A DNA stretch of 64,000 nucleotides from the NCBI RefSeq assembly GCF_964204645.1, contig NC_134025.1, forward strand, positions 372,001 through 436,000, read 5' to 3'. The translations under genes were made by a program, and so were the position numbers. Positions 59,396 through 64,000 of the stretch are shown piece after piece (position 1 is the first letter of the stretch; every line of letters begins with the position of its first letter). The notes under the pieces were generated by a model that worked only from the letters and a program-made list of their open reading frames with translations, searched no databases and was not told where the DNA came from. The stretch is from Tubulanus polymorphus. Taxonomy: Eukaryota > Animalia > Nemertea.

Positions 59396-60489
59396 CACAC
59401 AAAAAGCCAAACATAATAGGCGGCATTATTATTGGGAGGTGCACCTGGCCTAATATACCGCGCGGTAAAAATCACTCTTTCTGTGGTTGTGTAGTACCAG
59501 TAATTGATGATCATCGAGTGAGTGATTGGCCTGGCCCAGTTATTCCATTCTGAAATCACTTGGGTTCCGATTATGATTGACAAATAATTCAAAATATTTC
59601 ATCAAATTGATCGACACATTTTATCCGTACTTTTACATTATTATATTTATATTGTAAATATGTAAATAGCTTTATATTTATATTTATATTATATTTCTTT
59701 TTAGATTTTTTTATTGATTTTGATTTCTACTTATAAATATTTTTAGATATCTTTTTAACTTAAGATTTTGATGAAAAATATAAATAATTTTATCTAAACA
59801 TTTCAAATATAATCCTAAAACTTTTTAATTTTCTAAACTTCATAATATCTATACATCAAATCTATTTTAGTGAAAATTTTGATATAGATTTAAACGATAA
59901 TTAATATTTTTAATTCTATTGAATAATTTTAATATTCAAAACAACAGAATGAATGCATTCAATCTTAGTTTGATACTGATATCACTTGTTGCATCTATTG
60001 TTTTAACGAGATTTTAACCTATAAGTTTGGAGCATTGATATTATTTCATTGCATTAGTCCCGCCTCCTCATTTATGGCTGATGGTTGATTTCAGATTTTC
60101 AGCTTCTAATAACATTAATATTAATTCAATGCTACGTTATGTTTTGTTGTTTTATTTCTTACGAACGTTTTCAAAGATGACTTTTTGTCGAATTGATATT
60201 TGGTAGTGCAGAGGTTGAGATAATTATACAATTTTATAGAATTGTCTAAAATACTGTACCAAGTAACATATAAGTAGTATTGCTAGTTTACCTCTATTTT
60301 CAAGTTGTCCTGTGGTACGACGTTAAACTGCCTCATTTTAACAATACGTTTTATCCATACATTTTATCAGTGATTTTTATCTATTTGTCCTGTGGTACGA
60401 CGTTAAACTGCCTCTTTTTAACCGTTTTTACCCATATGTTTTATTGTTTTTATCATATGTTTTATTGTTTTTATCACCCCTTCTTTTTC

Positions 60490-60812
60490 TACCTTTCTCT
60501 ATCCTTTCCCTCTCTGTCTCTATCCTTTCCCTCTCTGTCTCTATCCTTTCCCTCTCTGTCTCTATCCTTTCCCTCCCTCTCTCTATCCTCCCTCTCTCTC
60601 TCTAACCCACTAACTCTCTTCCTCTTTCTCTAACCCACTAACTCTCTCCCTCTTTCTTTAACCCACTAACTCTCTCTTCCTCTTTCTTTAACCCACTAAC
60701 TCTCTCCTCTCTCTCCTTTCTTCCTCTCACCCCTCTCCTTCATCCTTCCTCCTCTCTCCCTCCTCTCTCTCTCCTCACTCTCCTCTCTCTCTCTTTCGCT
60801 CTCTTTCTCTCT
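60490..60812. repeat. CT-rich 21-bp and ~29-bp repeats and low-complexity tract
   Basis: ctctatccttttccctctctgt and taacccactaactctct units. Confidence 0.85.
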
Positions 60813-61030
60813 ATCTTGTAAATATTGTAAATTTGTATATAGTAGTTTTTATTTCTCTTGTAAATATTGTAAATTTGTAAATAGTAGTTTTTATTTCTCT
60901 TGTAAATATTGTAAATTTGTAAATAGTAGTTTTTATTTCTTTTGTAAATATTGTAAATTTGTAAATAGTCGTTTTTATTTCTCTTTTTAATTTTCTTGTA
61001 GATATTGTAAATTTGTAGATAGTAGTTTGT
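60812..61030. repeat. 42-bp AT-rich tandem repeat x~5
   Basis: cttgtaaatattgtaaatttgtaaatagtagtttttatttct; 14-aa period in the minus-strand ORF. Confidence 0.88.
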
Positions 61031-61389
61031 TTTTTTCTTTTTTCATAATTTTCATCGGATCTCACTTTATTCAATACAACAGAATGAATGCATTCAATCT
61101 TGGTTTCAAACTATTACTTTTCACTTTTTTCATACATTCGTAGCATTGATACCATTGCGTTAGATTAGTCCCTCCTCCTTTTGAATTAATATTTGAAAGA
61201 AGATTCTAGTTAAGCATATAGTAATAAGCGTATTACATCGAAGACATTTTGCCACAGGCTGAAGAGCATTTTATATCATATGTCAAGAAATAAGGATTGG
61301 AGTGACGTTGCTTCCTGAGATCTCTGATCTGTTAGCTTGCAAGTGTATTTAACTATCACTTGTTTGTAAATGATTGAGTGTACTTTACC

Positions 61390-62300
61390 ATTACTGGTTT
61401 GCAATATGTTTTACCATCATTGGTTGCAGTTATGAAAAAGATCTCAATGACTGTGCATACCTACCCCTCACTGGTTGCAGTTCACTACATTTGTTGCAGC
61501 TACAAACAATCATCTCATCGATTGTGCATACTTTCCCCTCACTGGTTGCAGTTCACTCCATTGGTTGCAGCTATGAACAATCATCTCATTGATTGTGCAT
61601 ACTTTCCCTCACTGGTTGCAGTTCACTCCATTGGTTGCAGCTATGAACAATCATCTCATTGATTGTGCATACTTCCCCTCACTGGTTGCAGTTCACTCCA
61701 TTGGTTGCAGCTATGAACAATCATCTCATTGATTGTGCATACTTTCCCCTCACTTGTTGTCACTTCATTGGTTGCAGCTATGATCAATCATCTCAATGAT
61801 TGAGCTAATTTCCCCTCACTGGTTTGAAATATAATTTCCCCTCACTGGTTGCAGTTCACTCCATTGGTTGCAGCTGCGAACAATCATCTCATTGATTGTG
61901 CATACTTCCCCTCACTGGTTGCAGTTCACTCCATTGGTTGCAGCTATGAACAATCATCCCATTGATTGTGCATACTTTCCCCTCACTTGTTGTCACTTCA
62001 TTGGTTGCAGCTATGATCAATCATCTCAATGATTGAGCTAATTTCCCCTCACTGGTTTGAAATATAATTTCCCCTCACTGGTTGCAGTTCACTCCATTGG
62101 TTGCAGCTGCGAAGAATCATCTCATTGATTGTGCATACTTTTCCCTCACTGGTTGCAGTTCACTTCATTGGTTGCAGCTATGAACAATCATCTCAATGAT
62201 TGTGCATACTTCCCCTCACTGGTTGCAGTTCACTCCATTGGTTGCAGCTATTAACAATCGTCTCATCGATTGTGCATACTTCCCCTCACTGGTTGCAGTT
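61390..62300. repeat. ~70-bp tandem repeat x~12 with a higher-order duplication
   Basis: Unit ccctcactggttgcagttcactccattggttgcagctatgaacaatcatctcattgattgtgcatacttt; a variant block at ~61745-61840 recurs at ~61980-62075. Confidence 0.93.
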
Positions 62301-63454
62301 TTCAGCTTTGGTTTGATGATGATAAATGCTGGTTTTATCATTGGCTCTACGCGAACAGTTATCATAATGTTTGAAGCCTTTGCCAGACGTCTTGTGGGTT
62401 CAATCTCTCTTAAGAAAAAGCTAAAAGGGTTTCGATTGGAATACAGTTTGTCTCCTCCAGCAACAAATGTCCATAGTCTAGAATAAACTGATTTGCATTT
62501 GCAAAAAAAGCTTTGTTGGGTGTATCGCTACATTTCCTACAAGACTCCTCTCTCCTCTCTCATCACGAAAAAAGTAAGACACAAATCTGAAAGTTAAGAG
62601 TTACAAAACACTGTGGATGAATTACTGCTAAATCAATTGGTAGTAATGAAAGTTAAGTGTTACAAAACACTGAAAGTTGGTGTCTTGAAACAATGATAAA
62701 TGTAATGAAACATTGATAGATGTACTGATCTTGCGGTTTGTTCTACCTCCTTCCTCTGCTACGAGGTGATATATCGTGCCATTTTTATATACAATATCAA
62801 AATCATAGACAATTAAAATCTTGTGGTGGCATGGCTTCTCCTTTTGTTCTCTATAACTCCCGGTAATGGCCTTGCTATGACATCAAACGAGTATCAAATA
62901 CAGAAGATACTCCTTTCTTCTCCTTTAAAAACGGCAAATACTGTTGTTTGCTACTATGGCAAATACTGTTGTTTGCTACTGCATGTTGCTCATTCCACTC
63001 TGTTCTAGGGGTGATATTGAGTTTTGGAGACTCTTCTCCTTCCCTTGCCTTCTTGAATTGTCAAATAGATGTGACTTACAATACTGATTACTTCCTTATT
63101 TGAAAACTACATGTTGCTGATGCTTGCTATCATTCAACTCTGTTTTGGTTGTGATATTGAGTTTTAAACGTTGTGTTAGGTGTTACATGCCTCCTCTCCT
63201 CTCTCTCCTCTCTCATCAAAAATTAAATAAGACACTCCTTTTTTATATACATTTAGTTTTTTGCTGTGGTTTCCTCAATAGAAAAGTTTGAAATGCGCTG
63301 CAATCAATGAGCAATTTCAAACTATTGATCAATTACTGGTCGTGATGTAAGTTAAGTGTTACAAAACACTGTGTAAATTACTGCTAAATCAATCGGTGGT
63401 GATGAAAGTTAAGTGCTACAAAAACACTGTGGGTAATTCACTGCTAATTTATAA

Positions 63455-64000
63455 CTGATGACCTCCTTTAATACTGCTGCTTGGTGCTGGGTGTTAATTA
63501 ATACACTCTGTTTTGGGGTGATATTGAGTTCAGGAATCTCCTCCTTCCTGCTTCAACTGTCATGTAGAAACGTGACAAACGAACTGAATTGTCAGTGCGT
63601 TACAACACTGATGACCTCCTTTAATACTGCTGCTTGCTGCTGCGTGTTAATTAATACACTCTGTTCAGAGGTGATATTGAGTTCAGGAGTCTCCTCCTTC
63701 CTGCTTCAACTGTCATGTAGAAACGTGACTAACAAACTGAATTGTCAGTGTGTTACAACACTGATGACCTCCTTTAATCCTGCTGCTTGCTGCTGGGTGT
63801 TAATTCTTACCACCTTCCATGAACTTCTTGAATTATTACATTAAACATTATTACAATAAGAATTATTACATTAAACATTATAACATCATGAATCATCCTC
63901 CTTAAATACTGCTGCTTGCTGCTGGCTCTGTTTTGGGGTGATATTGAGTTCAGGAGTCTCCTCCTTCCTGTTTCAACTGTCATGTAGAAACGTGACAAAC
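63455..64000. repeat. 153-bp tandem repeat running off the window end; decayed copies at ~62930-63170
   Basis: atgacctcc at 63458, 63611 and 63764; gtgatattgagtt motif also at 63011 and 63152. Confidence 0.85.

Noticed and set aside
58618-59592. Short ORFs around the fold-back as a viral or host gene
   Set aside because: Multiple stops in all frames and no recognisable motif; peptide similarity between plus and minus ORFs simply reflects the inverted repeat.
61374-63998. ORFs in the 70-bp and 153-bp arrays
   Set aside because: Products of tandem repeats; the 70/71-bp units shift frame, and there is no splice or promoter support.

Overview
AT-rich animal genomic DNA with spliceosomal introns; an invertebrate, probably lophotrochozoan (inference from gene content and intron size only). 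The first 43 kb is gene-dense. On the + strand are ALG3 (intronless CDS), MED8 (7 coding exons), a ~29-exon MICAL (monooxygenase-CH-LIM-bMERB, with a 3.5-kb repetitive exon) and a 12-exon short non-classical cadherin. These are followed by two tandem single-exon rhodopsin-class GPCRs (-) and an intronless profilin (+). From ~43.5 kb the window is gene-poor and full of unrelated tandem arrays, SINEs and MITEs. That part contains a spliced Pro/Thr/Ser-rich, basic orphan gene with a complete core promoter (45.85-53.55 kb) and a long diverged fold-back centred at ~59.2 kb with a third copy at 56.8 kb. Best leads: the orphan gene, the fold-back (possible hairpin-RNA locus), a candidate internal MICAL start giving a catalytically inactive isoform, motif-bearing minisatellites (polyA-signal, GATA, G-rich), CWG-targeting Harbinger-type MITEs that chain at their own target duplications, and extracellular-loop divergence of the GPCR pair. 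Exon boundaries were read by eye from GT-AG signals and frame continuity. No CRISPR array, rRNA or true tRNA gene was seen.
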